Shown piece after piece: positions 31,875-41,038 of a stretch of 64,000 nt of DNA; the first letter of the stretch is position 1, and every line of letters starts with the position of its first letter. Below the pieces are notes generated by a model. It was not told where the DNA came from. It was given only the letters and a program-made list of their open reading frames with translations, and made no database searches. The DNA lies in the NCBI GenBank assembly GCA_041740355.1, contig JBGSMD010000016.1, positions 96,001 to 160,000 of the forward strand, in the 5' to 3' direction. The DNA comes from Bdellovibrionota bacterium (GTDB lineage Bacteria > Bdellovibrionota_C > UBA2361 > CALJRW01). A program made the position numbers and the translations under genes.

Positions 31875-32523
31875 CTAACCAGCAAAAAGATCCGAAGTTA
31901 AAATAGTTTCAAAGGAAAGTGCACCTGCTTCTGTAATAACTAATTTAACAGCTCCTGCTATTGGATCATCTCTCTCAAGGATCACTGAAAAAGTTGTTTT
32001 ATGGATATTTAATGGCAAAACAATTTGATCGGTCAAAGCAGTCGAAACTAAACCAGATGTAAAGACAAGAGTAAAAACGAGTCGTCCATTTGTTGGATTG
32101 ATCACATTCCGCATCTTCATTTCACCATCACCAAAAGGAATATTATCAGGCCGAATCTTAATAACATAAGTACCAAAATATTCACCATCAAGCAGATCCC
32201 ATACTGGACTTACCAAAGTAGATTTGGCACAAGCAATTCCATATGATTTTAATTTTTTTATAATCAGCTAAAGTTGTTTGGAACTTAGCAAGTAAAACTT
32301 TATATCTAGGAGTTCTTTTCCCTTCTTTTAGTCCAGAAATTTTAGATTTAGCTTGTTCTATTTTACTATTCATATTTAACTTGAACTTTGCTTAGCGAAC
32401 AACCTTAGCTCGAGGACTCAAAATCTACAGATCATTACAGTCATAGTTTTTAGCAATCGAAATTGCTGGTATTTCAGCGGATACTTGAATAGATAAAAAG
32501 TATCTTGATAATATTATTTTCAT
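31875..32523 (-). pseudogene. Disrupted exported protein gene
   Basis: Track ORFs 32188-32373 and 31875-32216 join if one base is removed from the T7 run at 32253-32259. The upstream frame continues through two in-frame stops towards an ATG at 32523 with a signal-peptide-like start. Confidence 0.5.
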
Positions 32524-32705
32524 ATTTAACTCCAAACTCTTTATCTGCAATTATCAAATCAAGTTAAAATTTAAAACTTTCTACGAGGACATGGCTTACG
32601 TTAATTAGTCAGATTATTAAATGCTTTATTAGCTAACCCTATTAATTACAATATAATATGATCATTTGCTTAAGAAAATATTTTTGGTAAAACTCTAATA
32701 TAAAT

Positions 32706-32888
32706 ATGGAGAATAAAATATCAGAAGGTCCTACAACAATACTTACAATTAGCATATCAAAAGAGGGAGCAGAAAAGCTACAAGAACCAGGCTCTTTGGA
32801 AAAGCTTAATTTAATACTAGCTGAAGCAAATCTGCCTCCTGTTATATCCATTCGATCTGCAGAAAAAGCGGCAACCGATTCTAATTAA
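32706..32888 (+). CDS. Small hypothetical protein
   Basis: 60-aa ATG ORF with protein-like composition; convergent with the RT operon. Confidence 0.4.
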   Translation: MENKISEGPTTILTISISKEGAEKLQEPGSLEKLNLILAEANLPPVISIRSAEKAATDSN

Positions 32889-32945
32889 ATCAGTTTTCTA
32901 TCTATCAAGTTAACATTTTTACACTAAAAAAGTGAAACGCTCATG

Positions 32946-35288
32946 TTATCCCTGTTTTAATCCAATATAACGACGAAATCTTGGAACTTCACAGCGAAAC
33001 AATTCGCTACTATTAAGCGCAAGTTTTTTGCTTTCATAAATTGCGTTTGGATTTTGTTGAAATTGCAATAATCTCTTGGAAATTAATTGATAATCTGTGA
33101 AAGAAACATTTAATAATTTATTTGGGCATTGAAAATAAGCTTCTACTGTCCAATATTCAATGGCAAACGCTAAGGAATACAAAAAACTTAGCTGCCTAGC
33201 GTTCATTCTTTTTAGATGAGCGACTATTATTATATCCCCCATTCTAGAAAATACTACAAAGCGAGAGTTGTTTGGCACAAACAAAGTGTTCCGTCTAGTA
33301 TCAATTAATTTTTGATATACATCCCGAGCTTTTGATAGTTTTAACTTACCAATAGTTGCCAAATTCCCCTTTTTATCCAAGTAGATAAAATCTGTCTGCT
33401 GCTTAAATTTCGTTTCAGTTTTAATTTTAATAAGATTAACCAATTCTTCGATACTGAGTTTGTGTAATTTGGCATGCTTTAACTCTTGATAGCAGCGCTC
33501 TTCATGGAGCATTAAAAAAATACTCTCCATTAGTCTAATAGACTTTTTATCTGCACCGATCAGTCGAAATTGGCCTTTTACTTTTAGCAAGTCAACCTGT
33601 AGATCCTTTTGAAAATCTATTTTCATAACGAAACGAATTAAACCGGAAAGCTGAAATTGTAAATTTGCTATACCTAAATCACTATTTGCTGGAAACGTGA
33701 TCAACAATACTCCCGGAAAGATTTCAGTTTGCCAGGTTAAGGAATCACTAATCCGCTGAATGGATCTGCCAATGTAATTTGAATAGTAACTTTTAGTGTA
33801 TGATTTATCTAAAAAAATTATGGCAAATTCAAGTGGCTGATTGCTTGCGAGCGAGGCACGCGTGGCGGCTAACCAAGCTTTTAAACTAAGGGATTTAGTT
33901 CTTTGGGAAACTTGTTGCCGATAGATATTTAGCAATAAGCTCCGGCTAAAATCAATCCGTAATAGTACAATTAAAGAAGCCCCAATGATAATAACACTAT
34001 CTAATAAAATAATTCCTTGAATATTAGAGTTTGCTATATAGATTAAATAATACTGCAAAGGAATTGTAAAAAGTAAAAAATAAACTAACATAAATCTCTG
34101 GAACTGTATCTCCGTTTTAGTTACTTCAATTATCTTATAGCTTGTTTCAAAAAATGTTTTGGCTACAATAGCAATCAAAACTAAAACGAAGTAATTTAGT
34201 AAAACACTGGAACTATAACCAACCCAATAGGGAAATTTTACATAAAGTAGTGTTAAGATCGACAAGGTCAATCCTAAAAAAATTAATGTGTAAACAATCG
34301 TCCGTTTTGCATATTGATAGGCCTGCTCTAAGTGTCCTTCCTTTAAAGCAAGGTGAATATCCATTGCCAATGACCTAGATACTTGGATGGCAAAGCCAGA
34401 GAGAAAACTAATTGAAAAATATAAGAAAATATATTGTCGCCAATAGTAATTACTATGTAAATATAAGAAGCAACCGAGGCAAAGTAAATAAAGATAGTAG
34501 GCTACTGGTAATGAATAAATCTGGCGAAATACCCTAGATCGCAATAACCCTGTAAGCAAGTATCGTAACTGAATAGGCTTCCGATAGGTATAAAAATTAA
34601 ACCTCAAAGAGTCTAATGCAATTTTGATATGATAATTAATATATAATAAGTTTCCTATTAGATAGCCAAGTATATAACTATACTCCCCCATAAAGCGATA
34701 ACAACTTAGCATTAAAATGATGGGGATAATTCGATAAAAAGTAGAGATTAGAAACTCCTTTTTTAATCGTCTTTGAGTATAGGAAATTGCCCATAAAGCT
34801 AAACTTAAACTCTCTAAAGGCAAGATTATTAAGGTTGTGAAAGCAATCAGCAAAGACGATCGATCCATTTCTAAAAATATTGCTAAAGCAATAATTCCAA
34901 GACTATTTATTAAACCCAGCACTATACTAAAGTTAATAGCCAAGTAATAATAGTCATTGCATTTTTCTTGATTAAATTTCTTTTGAAATTCAACTAACTT
35001 TATCCTAAAAAACTGCATGCCTCCTTTTAGTAAACCTTTCAAACAAAAACTCAAAAAAATAATTATTGCTACTAGGCTAAAGAAGTTAGAGCGAAATAGA
35101 AAATAAATTATTGCCATCTCAAAGATTACAATCAGTTTAAAAACTAATCTCGATAGAAGTGGAAAACGAATTCTATATATTAAATATCTTAAAAAAGTAA
35201 AAAAACTCTGACCTTCCTTCCAACGTCTTAAGCTCTCGAACCTTTGCTTTTCTATTTTTGCTCTTAGGATGAACTTTTGAATTAACAT
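32946..35288 (-). CDS. RT-associated multi-pass membrane protein (MATE/Wzx/MurJ-like N-terminal half plus soluble C-terminal domain)
   Basis: About 12 hydrophobic segments in the first ~450 aa, then a soluble ~330 aa. Its ATG overlaps the RT stop (TAATG at 35286-35290). Confidence 0.75.
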   Translation of the reverse strand: MLIQKFILRAKIEKQRFESLRRWKEGQSFFTFLRYLIYRIRFPLLSRLVFKLIVIFEMAIIYFLFRSNFFSLVAIIIFLSFCLKGLLKGGMQFFRIKLVEFQKKFNQEKCNDYYYLAINFSIVLGLINSLGIIALAIFLEMDRSSLLIAFTTLIILPLESLSLALWAISYTQRRLKKEFLISTFYRIIPIILMLSCYRFMGEYSYILGYLIGNLLYINYHIKIALDSLRFNFYTYRKPIQLRYLLTGLLRSRVFRQIYSLPVAYYLYLLCLGCFLYLHSNYYWRQYIFLYFSISFLSGFAIQVSRSLAMDIHLALKEGHLEQAYQYAKRTIVYTLIFLGLTLSILTLLYVKFPYWVGYSSSVLLNYFVLVLIAIVAKTFFETSYKIIEVTKTEIQFQRFMLVYFLLFTIPLQYYLIYIANSNIQGIILLDSVIIIGASLIVLLRIDFSRSLLLNIYRQQVSQRTKSLSLKAWLAATRASLASNQPLEFAIIFLDKSYTKSYYSNYIGRSIQRISDSLTWQTEIFPGVLLITFPANSDLGIANLQFQLSGLIRFVMKIDFQKDLQVDLLKVKGQFRLIGADKKSIRLMESIFLMLHEERCYQELKHAKLHKLSIEELVNLIKIKTETKFKQQTDFIYLDKKGNLATIGKLKLSKARDVYQKLIDTRRNTLFVPNNSRFVVFSRMGDIIIVAHLKRMNARQLSFLYSLAFAIEYWTVEAYFQCPNKLLNVSFTDYQLISKRLLQFQQNPNAIYESKKLALNSSELFRCEVPRFRRYIGLKQG

Positions 35289-36592
35289 TAATTTAATTGA
35301 TAATCTTTGTTGCGTTTCAATCTATTTCGCATATCTAATACGGAAACTAAACCTAGCTGACGAATCTTTCGATAGGTACAATACTTAAAAACCCGATCAT
35401 GAGAAGTTCCATAGATGAAACGCAAGGAAACTTTTGCCAACCACTTATCAAAAGATTTAAATGAGCTGCGATCATCACAGTGCATGATTAAATCATAAAA
35501 ATAATGATCTCTTCCAAGGTTTGTCAGATAATAATTCAAAGAGTTAATTATCGCTTGTAACAAATTAATCTTTGAGGAACAAAGTTTTTTATTTATGAAA
35601 TATGAATGTCTGGCAATCTCTAATATCTCTTGCTTTATGAAGTTGATCCGTCGATCTGATAAAAATAGTCCCCCCTCGGAGTTAAGCTTAAACCCTAGAT
35701 ATAAAAGTGGTTTATTTTTTATTACGCTACTAAAAACCCCTCTTTCCAATTTCTTTTCATTTAACTTGAGATTCAATTCAGAAAGTTGTTTTTCCAAGAA
35801 AAGACAGACATTGCTCACTACATTCTCTGATTCATGAGCAATTAAAAGATCGTCACCATAGCGACTATAAAAAACTTTGAAGTTATCTCTAATATCTCGA
35901 TCAACATTAACTAAGTAAAAATTTGCAATAAAACATGAGATCGAACAACCAGTTGGAACACTTGCAGATAAAAGAGTAATTTCTGATTGATTGGAAGTTC
36001 TAAATTGCGGACCTACTATCTCATTTAATAATTCCCAAAAATAATTTTCTTGTTTCGGGATTGCTAGTTTAAGCTTCGCAATTAAGATCTGTGGATTAAT
36101 ATGATCAAAATAGCTTTTGATATCACATTTCGCATAATATAAATCAACATCTGATTCCTTAATAAATTGTCGGCAATTCTTAATAGCTGAAATGCTAGAA
36201 AAACCTTTGCGATATGAATATAATGAATCTAAGTAATATTTATCTTGCAAAGCTCCTTGAAGAATATTTGCCAATGTAGCTTCAAAAATCTTATCGATCC
36301 AATTGCTTAGATAAATGGTTCTTTCCTTATTGCTTATTTTAACAATGATTTGCTTCTTAATTTCGGGGAAATATTGCTTTTGTTTGATTGCTTTACAGAT
36401 TTCATCAATAATTAAACCACGATATAATAAGCACCATTTTAAACTTACTCCTTCAGCCAAAGGACTGGAATCCAATTTTTCTTTATCTCCCATGCTTCTT
36501 TGATGAAGCTTAAAAAATACATCCTCATAGTGATCGCGACGAGCTAGTTCTTTTATTATATTTAATTTAGATAGTTTAATTGTTTTTATCAC
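35288..36592 (-). CDS. Stand-alone group II-like reverse transcriptase
   Basis: KERTIYL..WIDKI, YSYRKGFS, KCDIKSYFDHI, VPTGCSISCFIANFYL..VD, YSRYGDDLLI, LKLNEKK and YLGF motifs. Maturase/thumb-like C-terminus (IINSLNYYL...FKSFDKWL). GTG start. Confidence 0.93.
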   Translation of the reverse strand: MIKTIKLSKLNIIKELARRDHYEDVFFKLHQRSMGDKEKLDSSPLAEGVSLKWCLLYRGLIIDEICKAIKQKQYFPEIKKQIIVKISNKERTIYLSNWIDKIFEATLANILQGALQDKYYLDSLYSYRKGFSSISAIKNCRQFIKESDVDLYYAKCDIKSYFDHINPQILIAKLKLAIPKQENYFWELLNEIVGPQFRTSNQSEITLLSASVPTGCSISCFIANFYLVNVDRDIRDNFKVFYSRYGDDLLIAHESENVVSNVCLFLEKQLSELNLKLNEKKLERGVFSSVIKNKPLLYLGFKLNSEGGLFLSDRRINFIKQEILEIARHSYFINKKLCSSKINLLQAIINSLNYYLTNLGRDHYFYDLIMHCDDRSSFKSFDKWLAKVSLRFIYGTSHDRVFKYCTYRKIRQLGLVSVLDMRNRLKRNKDYQLN

Positions 36593-36614
36593 TAAAAGCT
36601 TGTTTGCAAGGAGT

Positions 36615-36830
36615 TAAAGTGGGGTTAGGGGAAATCGAAAGATTGTGTTGGAACAACTAAGTTTTTAAGTTAAGTAGTTAGCGAAGCTAAGTAGTTAGCT
36701 CAAAGAGTGAGTTATTTCAATATAGTCTGGATGTCTTATGAGTTGCAGGCTCCTCCCGTAGCACTTAATTGCAACTCCCGAGACATAAATGGGAAGGTGG
36801 TATTACCACAACACCCTAACCCTATTTCAG
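36615..36830 (-). ncRNA. Candidate RT-associated structured ncRNA
   Basis: Closing inverted repeat gggttaggg (36622-36630)/ccctaaccc (36814-36822). Long hairpin atgtct/agacat plus gagttgca/tgcaactc (36731-36786). Small hairpins gtggtattaccac, aatcgaaagatt, gttggaacaac and ttagcgaagctaa. 12-nt direct repeat. Higher GC than the flanks. Confidence 0.7.
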
Positions 36831-36932
36831 ATTAACAGATTTTACCCTATTAATAAATTATGTTTTTAGATTAAGATGAAGAAAATACTTTAATCAATTA
36901 TGACGATCCTCCGATTTCTACTTTGATTTTTC

Positions 36933-38669
36933 ATGCGCATTATAGCTTTTCTCTTTTTCTTATTTATCCCACTAAGTGCGAGCTGCACAGAGGAGTTCAA
37001 TCTTCAACTATCAGAATTTATTGCTAATGCCACATGTTCCGACCTAGTACCCAAGAGCATCGAAGTTAAATTATCTGCGGGAGGTTTTATTTTTAGCATT
37101 CCAAGTCTTTATGATACCCCAATTATCTCTTCAACTCTGGTCTGTTACCAGCTACTCACATACCTCCATGATTACACAGAAGCATCTCCAGAATCACAAA
37201 TACTAACCTTTGAAGTTAGGGAATCTTCCGGAGAATTCCAATTCCTAGAGAAAAGCGGCCTTATAGATAGTCTTTGTTTAGATGCCGGACTATGTCAAAG
37301 GGGCTTTTTTGATTATTTTCGCTTGAATCAGAATTTGCTCAGTTGCCACGGTGCCAGAACTTTGGCTCTGTCCTTAGAAAGAGCTCTACCTAAGTTCTAT
37401 CGGACCAAGACAAAGATCGTCAAAAAAATGGGTCTTGAAATTCATCCCTTTGTTCCATTTATTCAAAAACTTGAGGAATACTTGAACGATCCTCAAGTTA
37501 AGAATATTTATGCTTCAACAATGAGCCTAGGGGATAAGAGCCTAGTAGAAGTTATTCCAAAACTTAATACTAAATTTTTAAATTTGAGCTTTGATGCCGG
37601 ATTGATGTTAATGAAAAAGCAAGAAAATTTATTTAATCAATTAATCGGTCAATTTTCAAATTTCCAAATAGCCCCAATGACTAGTGGCCAATATTATAAT
37701 AATATTTACCACTTAAAATTTATTACAAGTCCTGAAAATAACAAGTCAGTTGTTTCCTCTATGAATCTTTCTACTCCTGAGAGTACAACTTACATCGACT
37801 TTTTATATTTATTTGATGATTCAGAAATACAGCATGAATTAACTGCGATAACAAAATTAAATAAGCAGCGCTCTTGTCAAACCGAAGAAGATTTAAAGTG
37901 CCTTCTGCGTTTTGCAAACTCAAACTCCAATATTAGTAGTGAGTTTAATTCTTTATTGAAATCTTCCTGTCTAAATCAGGACCCTGTTGAAGATACCAGA
38001 TCAGGCTACTTTGCTTACAATGATGACACTGACTTAGAGCAATATATAATCAAATTTATAAACTCAGCAGAAAAAGAAATTATTCTAATGAGCTATAAAC
38101 TCTCTAATCCAAGCATACTTTCTGCGCTTCGCAAACGTCAAGCTGCTGGACTTAAGGTCTATCTGATTACTGCCTATAAGCCATATTACAATCCAAAGTT
38201 GTTTGATCATTTATATTATGCTGGGAAAGACGATCTTTCGATGATTCCCTATCCACACATGAAATTAATGATTAGCGATCGAGAACAAATGCTCTTTGGT
38301 TCAGGAAATTTTAGCGTCAATGCACTAACTCAATCAGCAGAGATGTTTGGAACTACCACAGATCAAAATGCTATCCAAAAAGCCCTTGCATATGCAGCTA
38401 CATTTGTTCAGGACTTTAACCCCAAACTTTCTAAAAACTTTTACAATCAATCCGTGGAAGATCCATTTTATTCCGTTAATTATTTAAAACAAAATTCATC
38501 GCTTCAAGTTGAATATACAGAGCCTAGCGGAATTAACTGGATGCCATATTACCGAAAGTTTAATCAGCAGGGAAAAGATATTTTAAATCAGTGCAAGATT
38601 AATAATCTTCACTTCGTTTCTAGCCAAAACTTTCAACAATGCTTAGACTTAATTAATAAAAAGTTTTAA
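36933..38669 (+). CDS. Exported phospholipase D-superfamily protein with two HKD-type motifs
   Basis: Signal peptide; HLKFITSP...SSMNLS and HMKLMISD...GSGNFS; INSAEKEI.LMSY. Confidence 0.82.
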   Translation: MRIIAFLFFLFIPLSASCTEEFNLQLSEFIANATCSDLVPKSIEVKLSAGGFIFSIPSLYDTPIISSTLVCYQLLTYLHDYTEASPESQILTFEVRESSGEFQFLEKSGLIDSLCLDAGLCQRGFFDYFRLNQNLLSCHGARTLALSLERALPKFYRTKTKIVKKMGLEIHPFVPFIQKLEEYLNDPQVKNIYASTMSLGDKSLVEVIPKLNTKFLNLSFDAGLMLMKKQENLFNQLIGQFSNFQIAPMTSGQYYNNIYHLKFITSPENNKSVVSSMNLSTPESTTYIDFLYLFDDSEIQHELTAITKLNKQRSCQTEEDLKCLLRFANSNSNISSEFNSLLKSSCLNQDPVEDTRSGYFAYNDDTDLEQYIIKFINSAEKEIILMSYKLSNPSILSALRKRQAAGLKVYLITAYKPYYNPKLFDHLYYAGKDDLSMIPYPHMKLMISDREQMLFGSGNFSVNALTQSAEMFGTTTDQNAIQKALAYAATFVQDFNPKLSKNFYNQSVEDPFYSVNYLKQNSSLQVEYTEPSGINWMPYYRKFNQQGKDILNQCKINNLHFVSSQNFQQCLDLINKKF

Positions 38670-39091
38670 CAAGGAGATCGGGAACTTCTTGGACTTCTAA
38701 TGGGGCAAAGGCCACCTGTCATACTATTCCACCAGTAAGCCTTAGACTTTCCACTACCTTTTAGTGAATAAGCAACAGCAGTATATGAATTGTTATTATT
38801 ATTGGGGTCCGAGCTGACACTCATGTCAACATCCTGACCTAAGGTGAATCCAGGCAAAACATTATTACAATTGCTACTCAAGCAACTTGCATAACCAGAG
38901 ACTCCCTTGCCGACACTATCAGCATAGTAAGTTTCCTGAGCCGAGGCTACCTGTTGTAAAGTTGCGACTGAGGTAGTATCAGAAGCAAGCTTCCGGAATT
39001 CAAACATGTTTTCCATTGCGATAGATGCAATTATCGCCAAAATGGCGATGGTAACTAACAACTCAACTAAGGTAAAACCTCTACAGCTCAT
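38666..39091 (-). CDS. Type IV pilin-like protein
   Basis: GFTLVELLVTIAILAIIASIA prepilin motif; AQETYYAD. Confidence 0.88.
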   Translation of the reverse strand: MSCRGFTLVELLVTIAILAIIASIAMENMFEFRKLASDTTSVATLQQVASAQETYYADSVGKGVSGYASCLSSNCNNVLPGFTLGQDVDMSVSSDPNNNNNSYTAVAYSLKGSGKSKAYWWNSMTGGLCPIRSPRSSRSPC

Positions 39092-39476
39092 ATTACAAAA
39101 TTTAAAAAGATAATTTACTAGATATCTAGGTGTAGATACTTAACTGTAAATGTTAAGCACACATAACTCGAACATAATCATCAGATACATTAATTTTTGA
39201 TTTAAATAATTTTTTATTATTTTTCAAAAAAATGATTCCTAACCCTAATACACTCCAATGATCAGTTACAGTTGAGTAGGTTTAATACTAAAGTTGCTAT
39301 ACTTTAGTACTATTATACCAAAACTAACAATATATTATATATAATTAGTGATAATAATATTATTATTAAGAATTGGGTATTATTACAATAATAATAAAAT
39401 TGTGATTATAAAATGATTTCCGCAACAAAGATGCTTTTAATCAATTATTAGAAGTAAGCTATCAATCCTTACTTAC

Positions 39477-40082
39477 TTAAGATTTATAATCTTTAGGCTT
39501 TACCTTTTGGGCAGTATGTTGGACAATTACCTTTCGTACCTCCTCTAAAATTGTAGATGTTGCATTGCGTTTGGTCGATCTAATCCTACCAATTTTTTGA
39601 AATTCCTCCGATCTTTGACTAAGATTCTCATCGATTAAATCGATATGGGATTGAACCTGATCTCGCCAAGATTTTAATTTAGTTTTCGCAGCGGGACAAA
39701 ATTTAATAATACTTGGAGCAGCAACCCCAAAACCATCTTTCTCAACAACAAAGTCAAGAATTTCCTTGGTCTCTTCGAATTTATTTTTGAGAACTAGCTG
39801 ATCACAAACTTTTAATACTTCTGTTAAAATTTCTGCAATTTCACAGAGTTCTTTAAATCCACTGTGCAACAATGTTGAAAAATAATCCCCATTAAATTGC
39901 TCGAGTAACTTTACTACCTCAGTAATTGAATTAACTTCATGGCGCAGCTCCTCTAAATCCTCAGCTATTTGAGGTGGAACAACTAAAGAATCTTCTCCAG
40001 CTTCTCGGTACTTTAAATAGCAATAAGCAGCAATTGACAAGAAAAGTCCAAAGCCACAAAAGAATGCTAAATAAACTAACAT
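39477..40082 (-). CDS. Hypothetical membrane-anchored helical protein
   Basis: N-terminal TM segment; 201 aa. Confidence 0.65.
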   Translation of the reverse strand: MLVYLAFFCGFGLFLSIAAYCYLKYREAGEDSLVVPPQIAEDLEELRHEVNSITEVVKLLEQFNGDYFSTLLHSGFKELCEIAEILTEVLKVCDQLVLKNKFEETKEILDFVVEKDGFGVAAPSIIKFCPAAKTKLKSWRDQVQSHIDLIDENLSQRSEEFQKIGRIRSTKRNATSTILEEVRKVIVQHTAQKVKPKDYKS

Positions 40083-40302
40083 CTTAAATATCGTTTAAAG
40101 TATTGCATCAGGGATAATAAAGAATTTAATCCTTAAGTGCGAAGCAAGTTGAAATTATTCCATTTCGCTAATTACCTAACTAGCTCCGACTATTTTTATA
40201 ATAGCATATCAGGCCTGAATCTACGACTATATATATTCTTAAATTTATCCTGAATATTAGCCAAGTTTTGGGTTCTAAGTTCGATTAAATTATAAGGCTC
40301 GC

Positions 40303-40698
40303 TTAAGTTTTAGCTCTTATAAAAGAGACCTGAAAGGTTTCCTTAGTAACAGCCTGATAATATGTCCCAACGAGTCGATCCTGAGCGGCATCATAGAGCA
40401 GATTATAATTAGAACCTGGATAATTAACATCTCGCAGTTCAATCATTATCTTAATATTTTCACCGTCTTGAGTTACATTTGCTTCTGATACATTAATTGA
40501 TTGTGGATTAAAATATAAAGCTTTCAAATTTCCATTTGTAGCAATATCTTCAATTGCGATAAGATAATTGCTATCAGTGCGTTTCCAGCGACCTTTAATT
40601 CTCTCGAGCAAAGAAGCATTATCAAGAGCAAATAAATCGCAACTAAGAGTTAACAATATAAATAATAAAGTAATTAGTAATTTTAAAGATTTATTCAT
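40303..40698 (-). CDS. Conserved hypothetical exported protein
   Basis: Signal peptide; GRWKR.D..Y.I...YFNP.SINVS...ELRDVNYPGS.Y.L.YD...DRLVG.YYQA. Confidence 0.7.
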   Translation of the reverse strand: MNKSLKLLITLLFILLTLSCDLFALDNASLLERIKGRWKRTDSNYLIAIEDIATNGNLKALYFNPQSINVSEANVTQDGENIKIMIELRDVNYPGSNYNLLYDAAQDRLVGTYYQAVTKETFQVSFIRAKT

Positions 40699-40762
40699 AA
40701 TTAGCTCCAAGTTTACGATCTATAAAAATATTAACTTTAAAATATCTAATATTTTCTTATTC

Positions 40763-40986
40763 TTAATATGGACTAGTAAAAGTTTCAATTACTACCTGAT
40801 GAATTTTTCTAGTATATTTTTATTTTTAGTATAACTTAGAATTACAGGAGTATTTTCGTCCGAACTAAGATGCGCGAATTTATCAATACCAAATGTATTG
40901 CCATTGGCATTTTAGATTCTTCCTTCAGCTACATTATTGTCATCAATATAAATTTTTGCAATACCACTAAGCAATCCTCCCCCATT
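40763..40986 (-). pseudogene. Relic of an arylsulfatase C-terminal domain
   Basis: Own translation: NGGGLLSGIAKIYIDDNNVAEGRI*NANGNTFGIDKFAHLSSDENTPVILSY, then a frameshift to KYTRKIHQVVIETF. Matches the GGGxGxGG..LYVDG..VAEGRI...F..DE...G.DE.TPV..Y..FTGKI..V.I pattern. Confidence 0.6.
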
Positions 40987-41038
40987 CCTAGATAGCTAAA
41001 AGATATATTAAGTGAAAAACATTTTTATTTTACTCAAG

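Noticed and set aside
36621-36824. TTAGGG/CCCTAA telomere-like words in the ncRNA arms
   Set aside because: Only about 1.5 units and explained as the paired closing stem; resemblance to the vertebrate telomerase template is probably chance.
35288-36830. Classical retron
   Set aside because: The closing inverted repeat fits, but the RT lacks NAxxH and VTG and has group II-like motifs and thumb.
35200-36900. Group II intron
   Set aside because: The RT stop overlaps the next ATG, leaving no room for domains V/VI, and the upstream space is too short for domains I-III.
35288-39091. DGR diversifying the nearby pilin or PLD
   Set aside because: No TR/VR pair with adenine-specific mismatches found by eye, no Avd-like gene, and no DGR-type SQ motif in the RT.
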